From NCBI GenBank assembly GCA_019694855.1, contig JAIBBD010000003.1, positions 33,264-97,263 of the forward strand: 64,000 bases of DNA, read 5' to 3'. The notes beneath the pieces were generated by a model. That model was not told the DNA's origin and did no database searches. It saw only the letters and a program-made list of their open reading frames with translations. This document shows, in pieces, positions 16,945 to 25,946 of this stretch. Every line of letters begins with the position of its first letter. The first letter of the stretch is position 1. The stretch is from Dehalococcoidia bacterium. GTDB taxonomy: Bacteria; Chloroflexota; Dehalococcoidia; UBA2979. Both the position numbers and the translations under genes were made by a program.

Positions 16945-19900
16945 CTACGACTTCCGCCGCTTTGACCGCGAGCGCATCACCAGCGTGAGCGCTACGACGA
17001 GCCCGGCGCCTGCGGCGAGCCACGAGATCGGGAGCGTCACGTTACGCTGCGCCCGCTCCTTCGCCACCTCGTAGGCCGACACGATCCGGTCCTGCGGGAC
17101 GTTGATCGAACCCGGGAAGTTCCCTCCACTGCCCGTGTTGGGCAGACGGCTCGGCACCGGCTGCGTCGGCGTGGGTGTCGGAGCCTGCACAGGTGGTGGC
17201 GAGCCCAACACCGTGGTCACGACGACCGGCTGGTACGTAATTGAGTGCGTATCACTCCCTGTCGCCGTCTTCTGATTCGGGTCAGTCACCACCGCCGTGA
17301 ACGTGTTCACGTGCGTCCCGAGGGATACCCCAGCCGGCACCGTGAACGTCGCGTCGAACGTGCAACTCGCCCCGATCGCCAGCACCGTGCCGACCTTGCA
17401 GTCGGCGTCGCCGCTCAGCGTCCCGAACTTGTCGTCGCTCAACGATGTGATCGTGACCGCGATCGGCCCCGTGTTCGTCACGGTGTACGTGTACGTCACA
17501 GGGCCGCCGGTCGCCGGCAGCGTCGTCGTCGCCGAGGTCTTGTCGACCAGGATCGAGGGCTGTGGGTTCGCTACGTAGGTAATTGTGTGCGAGTCCTTGC
17601 CCGTTGCCGTCTGCTGCTTCGGATCGGTCACGACCGCCGTGAACGTGTTCACGTGCGTCCCGAGGGCCGCGCCCGCGGGCACCGTGAACGTCGCGTCGAA
17701 CGCGCAGGACGCACCGACCGCGAGCACCGTGCCGACCTTGCAGTCCGCGTCCCCGACCAACGTGCCGAACTTGTCGTCACTCAGCGAGGTAATCGTCACC
17801 GACACCGGCCCGGTGTTTGTCACGGTGTACGTGAACTTCACAGGACCGCCGCCGACGGGCAGCGTGGTTGTGACCGAGGTCTTGTCCACCCGCACCGAGG
17901 GCTTCGGGTCGGCGAGGTACGTGATCGTGTGTGTGTCGTTGGCCGTCGCGGTCTGCTGGTTCGAGTCCGTCACCACCGCGGTAAAGCGGTTGATGTGCGT
18001 CCCGAGGTCAGCCCCGGCTGGGACTGTGAACGTCGCATCGAAGCTGCACGACGCCCCCACGCCCAGCAGGATCCCGACCTTGCAGTCCGCGTCTCCGGCC
18101 AGCGTCCCGAACTTGTCGTCGACCAGCGATGTGATCGTCACGGGCACCGGGCCCGTGTTCGTCACTGTGTAGGTGAACGTCACTGGCCCGCCGCTCGTCG
18201 GCAGTGTCGTCGTGACCGAGGTCTTGTCGACCCGGATCGCCGGCACCGGCACCTGGATATATGTGATCGTGTGCGAGTCGCTCGCCGTCGCGGTCTGCTG
18301 CTTCGCGTCCGTGACAACCGCCGTGAACGTGTTCACGAAGGTCGCGAGCACGGTCCCGCCCGGCACAGCGAACGTGGCGTCGAACGTGCACGAGGCGCCT
18401 ACGGCCAGCGGCGTCCCGACCTTGCAGTCGGCGTCACCCGCCAGGGCTCCGAACTTGTCATCGTTCAGGCTCGTGATCGTGACCGCGACCGGCCCGGTGT
18501 TCGTCACCGTGAACGTGTAGGTGACGGAACCGCCGCCCGCGGGCAATGTCGTCGTCGCCGACGTCTTGTCGACCCGCACCGAGGGCTTTGCGTCAGCGAT
18601 GTACGTGATCGTGTGATCGTCGCTGTCCGTCGCCGTCTTTCCGTTCGAGTCCTTGACGACGGCCGTGAACGTATTGATGTGCGTCGACAGCGCGCTTCCT
18701 GCGGGGACGTTGAACGTCCCGTCGAAGGTGCAGGAGGCGCCCGGCGCGAGCGCCGTCCCGACCTTGCAGTCAGCGTCTCCCGCCAGCGCCCCGAACTTGT
18801 CATCGTTCAGGCTCTGGATCGTCACCGCGACCGGCCCCGTGTTCGTCACCGTGTACGTAAACGTCACCGACCCGCCGCTCGTCGACAGCGTCGAGGTCGC
18901 CGACGTCTTGTCGACGAGCACGGACGGCTGCGGTTCCGCGATGTACGTGATGGTGTGGTCGTCCGTGTCGCTCGCCGTGTGGTCGGCGTTGTCGTGCACG
19001 ACCGCGGTGAACGTGTTCACGTGCGTCGTCTGTGCGGCGCCTGCCGGCACCGTGAACGCGGCGCTGAAGTCGCACCAGGCCCCGACCGCGAGCAGCGTCC
19101 CGACCTTGCAGTCAGCGTCTCCCGCGAGCGGCCCGAACTTGTCGTCGGTCAGGCTCTGGATGGTCACCGCGACCGGCCCCGTGTTCGTCACCGTGTACGT
19201 AAACGTCACCGACCCGCCGCTCGTCGACAGCGTCGTCGTCGCCGAGGTCTTGTCCACCAGCACCGCCGGCAACGGCGTCGCGAGGTACGTGATCGTGTGG
19301 TCGTCTGTGTCGCTCGCCGTGTGGTCGGCGTTGTCGTGCACGACGGCCGTGAACGTGTTCACGTGCGTCGTCTGCGCCGCGCCCGCCGGCACGGTGAACG
19401 CGGCGTCGAAGCTGCACGAGGCGCCCACCGCAAGTGGAGTGCCGACCTTGCAGTCCCCGTCACCGCTCAGCGTCCCGAACTTGTCATCGCTCAGGCTTTG
19501 GATGGTGACCGCCACTGGCCCTGTGTTCGTCACTGTGTAGGTGAACGTCACAGACCCACCGCTCGTCGGCAGCGTCGTGGTGACCGAGGTCTTGTCCACC
19601 AGCACCGACGGTAGCGGCGTGGCCAGGTAGGTGATCGTGTGGTCGTCCGTGTCGCTCGCCGTGTGGTCGGCGTTGTCGTGCACGATGGCCGTGAACGTGT
19701 TCACGTGCGTCGTCTGCGCGGCACCCGCCGGCACGGTGAACGCGGCGTCGAAGCTGCACGAGGCGCCCACCGCAAGTGGAGTGCCGACCTTGCAGTCCCC
19801 GTCACCGCTCAGCGCCCCGAACTTGTCGTCGCTCAGGCTCTGGATCGTCACGGGCACAGGCCCGGTGTTCGTCACCGCGTAGGTGAACGTCACGAGTCCG

Positions 19901-22566
19901 CCGCTCGTCGGCAGCGTCGTCGTCACCGAGGTCTTGTCGACCAGCACCGACGGTAGCGGCGTGACCAGGTACGTGATCGTGTGGTCGTCCGTGTCGCTCG
20001 CCGTGTGGTCAGCGTTATCGTGGACCACCGCGGTGAACGTGTTGACGTGCGTCGTCTGCGCCGCGCCCGCCGGCACGGTGAACGTCGCGTCGAAGCTGCA
20101 CGAGGCGCCCACCGCGAGCGAGGTGCCGACCTTGCAGTCCCCATCGCCCGCCAGCGTCCCGAACTTGTCATCGCTCAGGCTTTGGATGGTGACCGCCACT
20201 GGCCCTGTGTTCGTCACTGTGTAGGTGAACGTCACGGACCCACCGCTCGTCGGTAGCGTCGTCGTCGTGGATGTCTTGTCCACCAGAACGGCCGGCAACG
20301 GCGTCGCGAGGTACGTGATCGTGTGGTCGTCTGTGTCGCTCGCCGTGTGGTCGGCGTTGTCATGCACGACGGCCGTGAACGTGTTCACGTGTGTCGTCTG
20401 CGCCGCGCCCGCCGGCACGGTGAACGTCGCGTCGAAGCTGCACGAGGCGCCCACCCCGAGCAGCGTGCCGACCTTGCAGTCCCCATCGCCCGTCAGCGTC
20501 CCGAACTTGTCGTCGCCCAGGCTTTGGATGGTGACCGCCACTGGCCCGGTGTTCGTCACCGTGTACGTGAACGTCACCGACCCGCCGCTCGTCGGCAGCG
20601 TCGTTGTGGCGGAGGTCTTGTCCACCACCACCGACGGCTGCGGCGTCTCGAGGTACGTGATCGTGTGGTCGTCCGTCGCGCTGACGTCCTGCTGCGCGCC
20701 ATCGACCGCGTGCGCCGTGAACGTGTTCACGTGCTTCGCGTTTGCCGTCCCGGGAGGCACGGTGAACGTCGCGTCGAACGCACACGAGGAGCCAGCGCCG
20801 AGCAGCGTCCCCACCTTGCAGTCTGAGTCGCCGCTCAGCGTTCCGAACTTGTCGTCGCCCAGGCTCGTGATCGTGACGGCGACCGGGCCCGTATTCGAAA
20901 CCGTGAAAGTGAACGTTGCCTGACCGCCGCTCGCGGGCAACGTGGTCGTTGCCGACGTCTTCTCAACTGCCAGCTTGGGCTTCGCCAGGGTGTTCACGTA
21001 CGTGCAGGTCACGATCGACTCAGACTGGACGGTCACGTCGATCGTCCCCGTTGCGAGGTTCTTGTTCGCAGGTGGACTCCCCACCGGGGTGCCCGTGCAG
21101 GAGAGGTCGATCAGCGAAGCCCCCGACTGCTCGGTCTCGTTGAGCGTCACCACTGCGCTCGAGCCGCTCAGGATGACTTTGAACCCCAGCAGCCCGGCAA
21201 CGTTGGTGCTCCCGGATCCGGGTTGAATCGTCCCCCCCGTGATCTGCGTTGTGAAACCCCAGCCGGAGCCGTCCGTGCGGTCGTTGGTCGTCGCGACGTT
21301 GCCGTCAGCGTCCATCACCTTGTGCACTGTGATCGAGGGAGCACAAAGGTCTAGCAGGATCCCCGCGAGTGTGTCGCCGAGGTTGCCGAAGTCGCCTTCG
21401 TAGTAGGCATCGCTCGGGTTGTTGCTCGAGAGCAACTGCATGTACAGGGGGATCAGGTCGCCACCCACGCCCAGCGAGATGATCCGCGTGCCCGCGCTCT
21501 TCGCGGCATTCGCTGCCTCGATCGCCGGCGTGAGGTGAAGGTTCGGCTGATTCGTCGTCGGAGCATCGTCACTGTTGTGCCGCGTGGGGTTGCCATCGGA
21601 GCTGAACAGGATGAGGTCGTCGCGACCGTCGGCCGAGCCGAACAGCCCCTGCGCCTTGACCAGCGCATCCTGCCAGTTGGTCCAGGCCGTGTTGTTGGGG
21701 GCATACGGGCCCGAGATCACGTTTCCGTTCAGCCCGTTGATGACCGATGTGGCCTGACTCAGATCGCTAGTCAGCGTCTGCCGCACGGCCGCGTAGTTGT
21801 TGAACTCCACGACGCCGACACGTGTGGGCGTGCCCGCGAGCGCAGTCAGCAAACTGGTGAACGCGCTCTTCTGCTGCGCCAGCTCGGTGCTGCTGATGCT
21901 CGCCGACGTGTCGATCACGATCACGAGGTCGAAGCCGCACGTATTGCCCAGCGCCGGGTTGGCTACGATCGGCGCATACGTGATCGTGGCCGTGATTGTA
22001 CCGATGCGCACGCCGTTGTTGTTTGAGCTGTCCTTGACCACGCCGATCTCGAGGCTGCTCACAGCCGACTTCAGCGTGGGTTCCAGAACGATGTGCTGCG
22101 TCTTCGTATTGCAGCCGCCCGAGCTCCCCGACGCGCTCAGATCGCTCTCACCGTCGGTGTCCGCCCCGTTAAGCCGGACGAAGGTTCGGTACGTGCCGCC
22201 CGAGTTCGTGTCGCCGCGATCACCGACGGTGATCGTGACCCCCGTAATGACTGCGCCCGCAGGTACCGAAGCGGTCGGCAGCGTGAACGACTCGCGCTGG
22301 TTCGAGCTGCTGCTGCTGATGTAGTTGCTGTTCGCCGAGCCGTCACATGACGACCCGAGGTTCACATTGCTGAACCCGCCCGACCACGCCGTGTAGGTCC
22401 CTTGCCCGGTCGGCTGGACTCCACTCGTCTCAGCGGCATGCGCGTTGTGCTGGCGATTCCATTGAATGCCGCCAAGGAGCGCCGCACCCGCGATCAGCGC
22501 GAGCGCGATGAACATCCAGGGCTGCCCGATCTCACGGACGTTACTGCGAAACCCGAACCTGGCCAT
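16945..22566 (-). CDS. Giant (1873 aa) cell-surface protein: signal/TM, vWA domain, about 11 tandem DUF11-like repeats, LPNTG sorting motif
   Basis: N-terminal hydrophobic segment. vWA motif DLVIVIDTSASISS...VGVVEFNNYAAV. 114-aa repeats (KTSxTTTLPxSGGxVTFTYTVTNTGPVAVTIxSLxDDKFGxLxGDxDCKVG...). C-terminal SRLPNTG, a hydrophobic segment and a KRRKS tail. Confidence 0.9.
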   Translation of the reverse strand: MARFGFRSNVREIGQPWMFIALALIAGAALLGGIQWNRQHNAHAAETSGVQPTGQGTYTAWSGGFSNVNLGSSCDGSANSNYISSSSSNQRESFTLPTASVPAGAVITGVTITVGDRGDTNSGGTYRTFVRLNGADTDGESDLSASGSSGGCNTKTQHIVLEPTLKSAVSSLEIGVVKDSSNNNGVRIGTITATITYAPIVANPALGNTCGFDLVIVIDTSASISSTELAQQKSAFTSLLTALAGTPTRVGVVEFNNYAAVRQTLTSDLSQATSVINGLNGNVISGPYAPNNTAWTNWQDALVKAQGLFGSADGRDDLILFSSDGNPTRHNSDDAPTTNQPNLHLTPAIEAANAAKSAGTRIISLGVGGDLIPLYMQLLSSNNPSDAYYEGDFGNLGDTLAGILLDLCAPSITVHKVMDADGNVATTNDRTDGSGWGFTTQITGGTIQPGSGSTNVAGLLGFKVILSGSSAVVTLNETEQSGASLIDLSCTGTPVGSPPANKNLATGTIDVTVQSESIVTCTYVNTLAKPKLAVEKTSATTTLPASGGQATFTFTVSNTGPVAVTITSLGDDKFGTLSGDSDCKVGTLLGAGSSCAFDATFTVPPGTANAKHVNTFTAHAVDGAQQDVSATDDHTITYLETPQPSVVVDKTSATTTLPTSGGSVTFTYTVTNTGPVAVTIQSLGDDKFGTLTGDGDCKVGTLLGVGASCSFDATFTVPAGAAQTTHVNTFTAVVHDNADHTASDTDDHTITYLATPLPAVLVDKTSTTTTLPTSGGSVTFTYTVTNTGPVAVTIQSLSDDKFGTLAGDGDCKVGTSLAVGASCSFDATFTVPAGAAQTTHVNTFTAVVHDNADHTASDTDDHTITYLVTPLPSVLVDKTSVTTTLPTSGGLVTFTYAVTNTGPVPVTIQSLSDDKFGALSGDGDCKVGTPLAVGASCSFDAAFTVPAGAAQTTHVNTFTAIVHDNADHTASDTDDHTITYLATPLPSVLVDKTSVTTTLPTSGGSVTFTYTVTNTGPVAVTIQSLSDDKFGTLSGDGDCKVGTPLAVGASCSFDAAFTVPAGAAQTTHVNTFTAVVHDNADHTASDTDDHTITYLATPLPAVLVDKTSATTTLSTSGGSVTFTYTVTNTGPVAVTIQSLTDDKFGPLAGDADCKVGTLLAVGAWCDFSAAFTVPAGAAQTTHVNTFTAVVHDNADHTASDTDDHTITYIAEPQPSVLVDKTSATSTLSTSGGSVTFTYTVTNTGPVAVTIQSLNDDKFGALAGDADCKVGTALAPGASCTFDGTFNVPAGSALSTHINTFTAVVKDSNGKTATDSDDHTITYIADAKPSVRVDKTSATTTLPAGGGSVTYTFTVTNTGPVAVTITSLNDDKFGALAGDADCKVGTPLAVGASCTFDATFAVPGGTVLATFVNTFTAVVTDAKQQTATASDSHTITYIQVPVPAIRVDKTSVTTTLPTSGGPVTFTYTVTNTGPVPVTITSLVDDKFGTLAGDADCKVGILLGVGASCSFDATFTVPAGADLGTHINRFTAVVTDSNQQTATANDTHTITYLADPKPSVRVDKTSVTTTLPVGGGPVKFTYTVTNTGPVSVTITSLSDDKFGTLVGDADCKVGTVLAVGASCAFDATFTVPAGAALGTHVNTFTAVVTDPKQQTATGKDSHTITYVANPQPSILVDKTSATTTLPATGGPVTYTYTVTNTGPIAVTITSLSDDKFGTLSGDADCKVGTVLAIGASCTFDATFTVPAGVSLGTHVNTFTAVVTDPNQKTATGSDTHSITYQPVVVTTVLGSPPPVQAPTPTPTQPVPSRLPNTGSGGNFPGSINVPQDRIVSAYEVAKERAQRNVTLPISWLAAGAGLVVALTLVMRSRSKRRKS
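17190..20890 (-). repeat. About 11 tandem coding repeats, period 342 bp, inside the giant surface-protein gene; the central about 5 copies (about 18600-20600) are nearly identical at the DNA level
   Basis: Six-frame ORF fragments recur at an exact 342-bp spacing (for example starts 19639, 19981, 20323). The protein motif VHDNADHTASDTDDHTITYL(A/V)TPLP occurs 5 times. Confidence 0.85.
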
Positions 22567-22803
22567 CCGAATACCTCACGTCTGGCGCGCGACCGCTCGA
22601 AGCCGAGCAACGGTCGCGGCGCGCTGAACAACGAGGCGCGGTCAACAGAAGGCGCTGTGAGTCGCGAGGCGCATTCGTCGACGAGGCATCGACGACCGGA
22701 GGCGAGTTGTCCGTAGGCGCGCTGACTGAGGGGCGATCAGTCAGAAGGACGGTCGAGGGGCGCTATCTGCACTGTGGAGGTCCGTCCGTCGGTCGTCCAC
22801 AGC

Positions 22804-22832
22804 CCAAGGTCACAGGCGTTCGTGACCTTTGG
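22804..22832. promoter_or_regulatory. 10-bp inverted repeat CCAAGGTCAC-N8-GTGACCTT(T)GG in the long 5' region of the giant surface-protein gene
   Basis: Near-perfect palindrome seen directly. It lies about 240 bp upstream of the 22566 start codon and about 220 bp upstream of the divergent crotonase gene. Confidence 0.35.
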
Positions 22833-23051
22833 GAAACGCGGGCAATGCACTGCTGGACCGGCTGGGCTTTCCGCAGGATACGAGGCGCAGCGTGGTGAGG
22901 CAGAGCGGATGATAAATGACATTGGGCGCATAAGACAATAGCCCGCTACCCTCAGCGCCCTTTTCCGCCTGCGGAGGGTTCACAGGCCGCGCCTACAACG
23001 GGTATGGTGCACGCGACGAACCTCGAGGCTAGTACAGGAAGGCGGGCCAGC

Positions 23052-23870
23052 ATGGTCTCCAAGGTCTTCGAGCTGGTGAACTACGAGAAGCGCAACCGCG
23101 TCGCGTGGATCACCATCAACAACGCCGAGCGCATGAACGCCCTCAGCACCGGCGTCATGAACGGCCTCCACGACTCCTTCGAGGAGGCGACCAACGATGA
23201 CGACGTCCTCGTCGTCGTTGTGACCGGCGATGGCGGGCGCGCGTTCTGCGCCGGCGCCGACCTCAAGGAAATGACCGAGCGCGACCAGACCATCGGCCAG
23301 GGCGCCGCGCAGAACGCCAAGAATGGCTTCGACGCCGCCACCAACTGCAAGAAGCCCATCATCGCGGCCGTCGATGGCTACGCCCTCGCCGGCGGCATGC
23401 AGATGTCCGCTCGCTGCGACTTCCGCATCGCCACCCAGAAGTCCATGTTCGGCATGCCGGAGCCGCTCCGCAGCCTCACCCCGATCAACCTCATGGACAC
23501 CCTCGAGCTCGGTTTCGTACCGCTCGGCTGGGCCCTCTGGATCATCCTCTCCGGTGACCACATCACCGCACAGCAGGCCCACGACATCGGGTTCGTGCAG
23601 TGGCTCGTCCCCGACCGCGACGCGATGTTCGAGGAAGCCGAGAAGCGCGCCGAGATCCTCAAGAAGTGCGCTCCCCTCGCCGTGCAGGCGCTGAAGAACG
23701 GCGTCCACCTGCACATGAACCCGCCTACGCCGCCCCAGGGCACGCTGCTGCTCGACCACCTCAAGGGCGTCAACGCCGCGCTGCTCGACAAGGTCGCGAA
23801 CAGCGAGGACCGCATGGAAGGCCCCAAGGCCTTCGCCGAGAAGCGCGCCCCCAACTGGAAGGGCCGCTAA
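23052..23870 (+). CDS. Enoyl-CoA hydratase/isomerase (crotonase) family protein
   Basis: Crotonase fold with the oxyanion motif FCAGADLKE. ATG with a GGAAGG Shine-Dalgarno sequence. C-terminus ...EKRAPNWKGR, paralogous to 47172-47948. Confidence 0.85.
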   Translation: MVSKVFELVNYEKRNRVAWITINNAERMNALSTGVMNGLHDSFEEATNDDDVLVVVVTGDGGRAFCAGADLKEMTERDQTIGQGAAQNAKNGFDAATNCKKPIIAAVDGYALAGGMQMSARCDFRIATQKSMFGMPEPLRSLTPINLMDTLELGFVPLGWALWIILSGDHITAQQAHDIGFVQWLVPDRDAMFEEAEKRAEILKKCAPLAVQALKNGVHLHMNPPTPPQGTLLLDHLKGVNAALLDKVANSEDRMEGPKAFAEKRAPNWKGR

Positions 23871-23895
23871 GCCTCCAGCGTTCGCTGCCGTATGA

Positions 23896-23933
23896 AGAGA
23901 GGCCGTCGCGATCGCGACGGCCTCTCTGTTTCC
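23896..23933 (+). terminator. Intrinsic terminator: perfect 32-nt palindrome followed by GTTTCC
   Basis: AGAGAGGCCGTCGCGATCGCGACGGCCTCTCT GTTT, located immediately after the crotonase stop. Confidence 0.6.
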
Positions 23934-23987
23934 ACGCCACCCGGAGAGTCCTAACACGTTCGCCGATACCAGCGTAGAATCCGCGAC

Positions 23988-25316
23988 GTGACCACAGCTA
24001 CCACCACGACCGCAGACGAACAGCAGGCCCGCGTGTTCTACGGCTGGTGGATCGTCGCCGGCGCGATCGTCGGCTACTTCGTCTCCGTCGCCGCGGGCGC
24101 CGGCTCCGCCGGCATCTTCCTCCGCCCGATTGTCGACGACCTCGGTTGGAGCGTTGGCTCCTTCACCCTCGCCATCACCGGCACCAACGCGGTCAGCGGC
24201 CTGGCCGGCTTCTTCATCGGTCCACTGGTCGATAAGCATGGCGCCCGCCCGTTGATGTTCGTCGGTACTGGCGTCCTCTCAGGCTCATTGCTCCTCATCT
24301 CGAGGGTCCAGGCGCCCTGGCAGTTCTTCCTCCTCCAGTCAGTCGGAGTCGGGATCGGCATCTCCCTCGTCGGCGGCCTCGTCCTGAACATCACCATGTC
24401 GAAGTGGTTCGTCCTCCGCCGAGGCTGGGCCATCGCCCTCGGCTCCACAGGCATCTCCTTCGCCAGCATCCTCATCCCGCTGACGTTGACACGAGTCGTC
24501 GACAACTTCGGCTGGCGCGATGGCTATGTCGTCCTCGCTATCGGCGCCGCCATCCTCTCGGTTCCCGTCGCCCTCGTCATGCGTCGCCAGCCCGAGGACT
24601 ACGGCCTCATGCCGGATGGCCGCCGCAGCGACGGCGTCGGCACCTCGCAGGCTGACCACGACGCCATCACCCTCGACCGCCTGAACTCCTACACCCGCCG
24701 CGAGGCGGTGCGCACCCGCGCGCTCTGGCTCCTCACACTCTCCTTCGGCTGCTTCGGCGGCGGCGCCTTCGGCGTCCTCATCCACGGCATCCCCTTCGTC
24801 ACCGAGGCAGGCTTCACCCGCAGCGAGGCCGCCTTCGCCGCCTCCGTCGCGGGCATGGCAAACCTCATCGCCAAGTTCTTCTGGGGCTACACCCTCGCGA
24901 GGTTCCACGTCCGCACGCTCTGGGTCGGTAGCTTCAGCGGCATGATCGTCGGGGTCGGCCTCATGCTCCTCGCTCGCGAGACCGGCCAGCTCCCACTCAT
25001 GTTGTTTGGGTTCTTCGTCTGGGGCCTTGGCTTCGGCGGAGGCGTCCCCCTCGGCGAGTTCATCTGGGCGAAGTACTTCGGTCGCGTCCACATCGGCGCC
25101 GTGCGCAGCATCGGCATGCCCATCGGCATCGCCTTCGGCGCGGCCGGCCCACTCGCCGTCTCGACGCTCTTCGACGCGACCGGCGCCTACACCTGGGCCT
25201 GGCTCATGCTCGCCTCCGTCTACGTCGCCGGCGCCGTCGCCGTGATCGTTTCCCGCGAGCCGCCCCCCAAGGTCACCTCGCTTGCCGACCTCCCGCTCGC
25301 GGCCGCCGAGGCCTGA
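23988..25316 (+). CDS. MFS transporter
   Basis: 442-aa protein with 12 predicted TM segments in two six-helix halves. GTG start. Confidence 0.85.
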   Translation: MTTATTTTADEQQARVFYGWWIVAGAIVGYFVSVAAGAGSAGIFLRPIVDDLGWSVGSFTLAITGTNAVSGLAGFFIGPLVDKHGARPLMFVGTGVLSGSLLLISRVQAPWQFFLLQSVGVGIGISLVGGLVLNITMSKWFVLRRGWAIALGSTGISFASILIPLTLTRVVDNFGWRDGYVVLAIGAAILSVPVALVMRRQPEDYGLMPDGRRSDGVGTSQADHDAITLDRLNSYTRREAVRTRALWLLTLSFGCFGGGAFGVLIHGIPFVTEAGFTRSEAAFAASVAGMANLIAKFFWGYTLARFHVRTLWVGSFSGMIVGVGLMLLARETGQLPLMLFGFFVWGLGFGGGVPLGEFIWAKYFGRVHIGAVRSIGMPIGIAFGAAGPLAVSTLFDATGAYTWAWLMLASVYVAGAVAVIVSREPPPKVTSLADLPLAAAEA

Positions 25317-25428
25317 GCCTCGCACCAGACTTCGTCAGATTCGTAGCCTCTCCCTCGATCGGCCGGCCGTATCATGCGCGCACGCGCGAGGGGTTCTCGC
25401 GCCAACAAGTGCGCAAAGGAGTGGAACC

Positions 25429-25842
25429 ATGCTAGGCAACAAGGTGTGGGAAGGCACGGGACGCACCACCGGCAACCGCGTGCTCCCCGGTGACGACTTC
25501 CGCTACGTCAAACTCGAGATCTCCTTCGAGGGGATGGGCCAGGTGCTCGGGACGGACGCCAGCAACATGGGCACCCTCACCGTCTTCGAACGTGTCCCCG
25601 GTCAGATGTTCGCCCAGGGCCAGGGCATCCTCATGACTGCGGATGGCCAGAGCGCGATCTGGAACGGTCAGGGCGTTGGCCACCCGACCGGCGAAGGGAT
25701 GGGCGTCTCGTTCCGCTACGGAGTCGCCTTCCAGGCGGACCCGAACGGATCCCTTGCCGCCCTGAACGGCTCCTTCTTCGTCGGTGAGTACGAGTCTGCC
25801 GCGGATGGCAGCTGGACCGACGCCCTCTGGGAGTGGAAGTAG
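25429..25842 (+). CDS. Hypothetical Gly-rich 137-aa protein
   Basis: Strong Shine-Dalgarno sequence AGGAGTGG 6 nt before the ATG. Followed by a perfect 14-bp hairpin terminator. No recognisable domain. Confidence 0.55.
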   Translation: MLGNKVWEGTGRTTGNRVLPGDDFRYVKLEISFEGMGQVLGTDASNMGTLTVFERVPGQMFAQGQGILMTADGQSAIWNGQGVGHPTGEGMGVSFRYGVAFQADPNGSLAALNGSFFVGEYESAADGSWTDALWEWK

Positions 25843-25852
25843 GTAGGGCCAC

Positions 25853-25890
25853 GAGAGACCTCGATCCTGCGATCGAGGTCTCTCCTTCAA
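25853..25890 (+). terminator. Hairpin terminator GAGAGACCTCGATC-ctgc-GATCGAGGTCTCTC followed by CTTCAA
   Basis: Perfect 14-bp stem with a 4-nt loop, seen directly. Confidence 0.55.
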
Positions 25891-25946
25891 CCGGGACCAA
25901 CCGTTAGTCCCTAGGTCGAACCTTCACTACGTGTTATCAATGCACG

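Noticed and set aside
17245-19614. 789-aa plus-strand ORF, and many 80-200-aa ORFs on both strands, inside the repeat region
   Set aside because: Extremely Arg/His/Val-rich periodic products generated by reading the 342-bp coding repeats in wrong frames. The minus-strand 1873-aa frame has coherent domain architecture.
17190-20890. Possible CRISPR array suggested by regular direct repeats
   Set aside because: The period is 342 bp with no short repeat/spacer alternation. The repeats are in-frame coding units of a surface protein.
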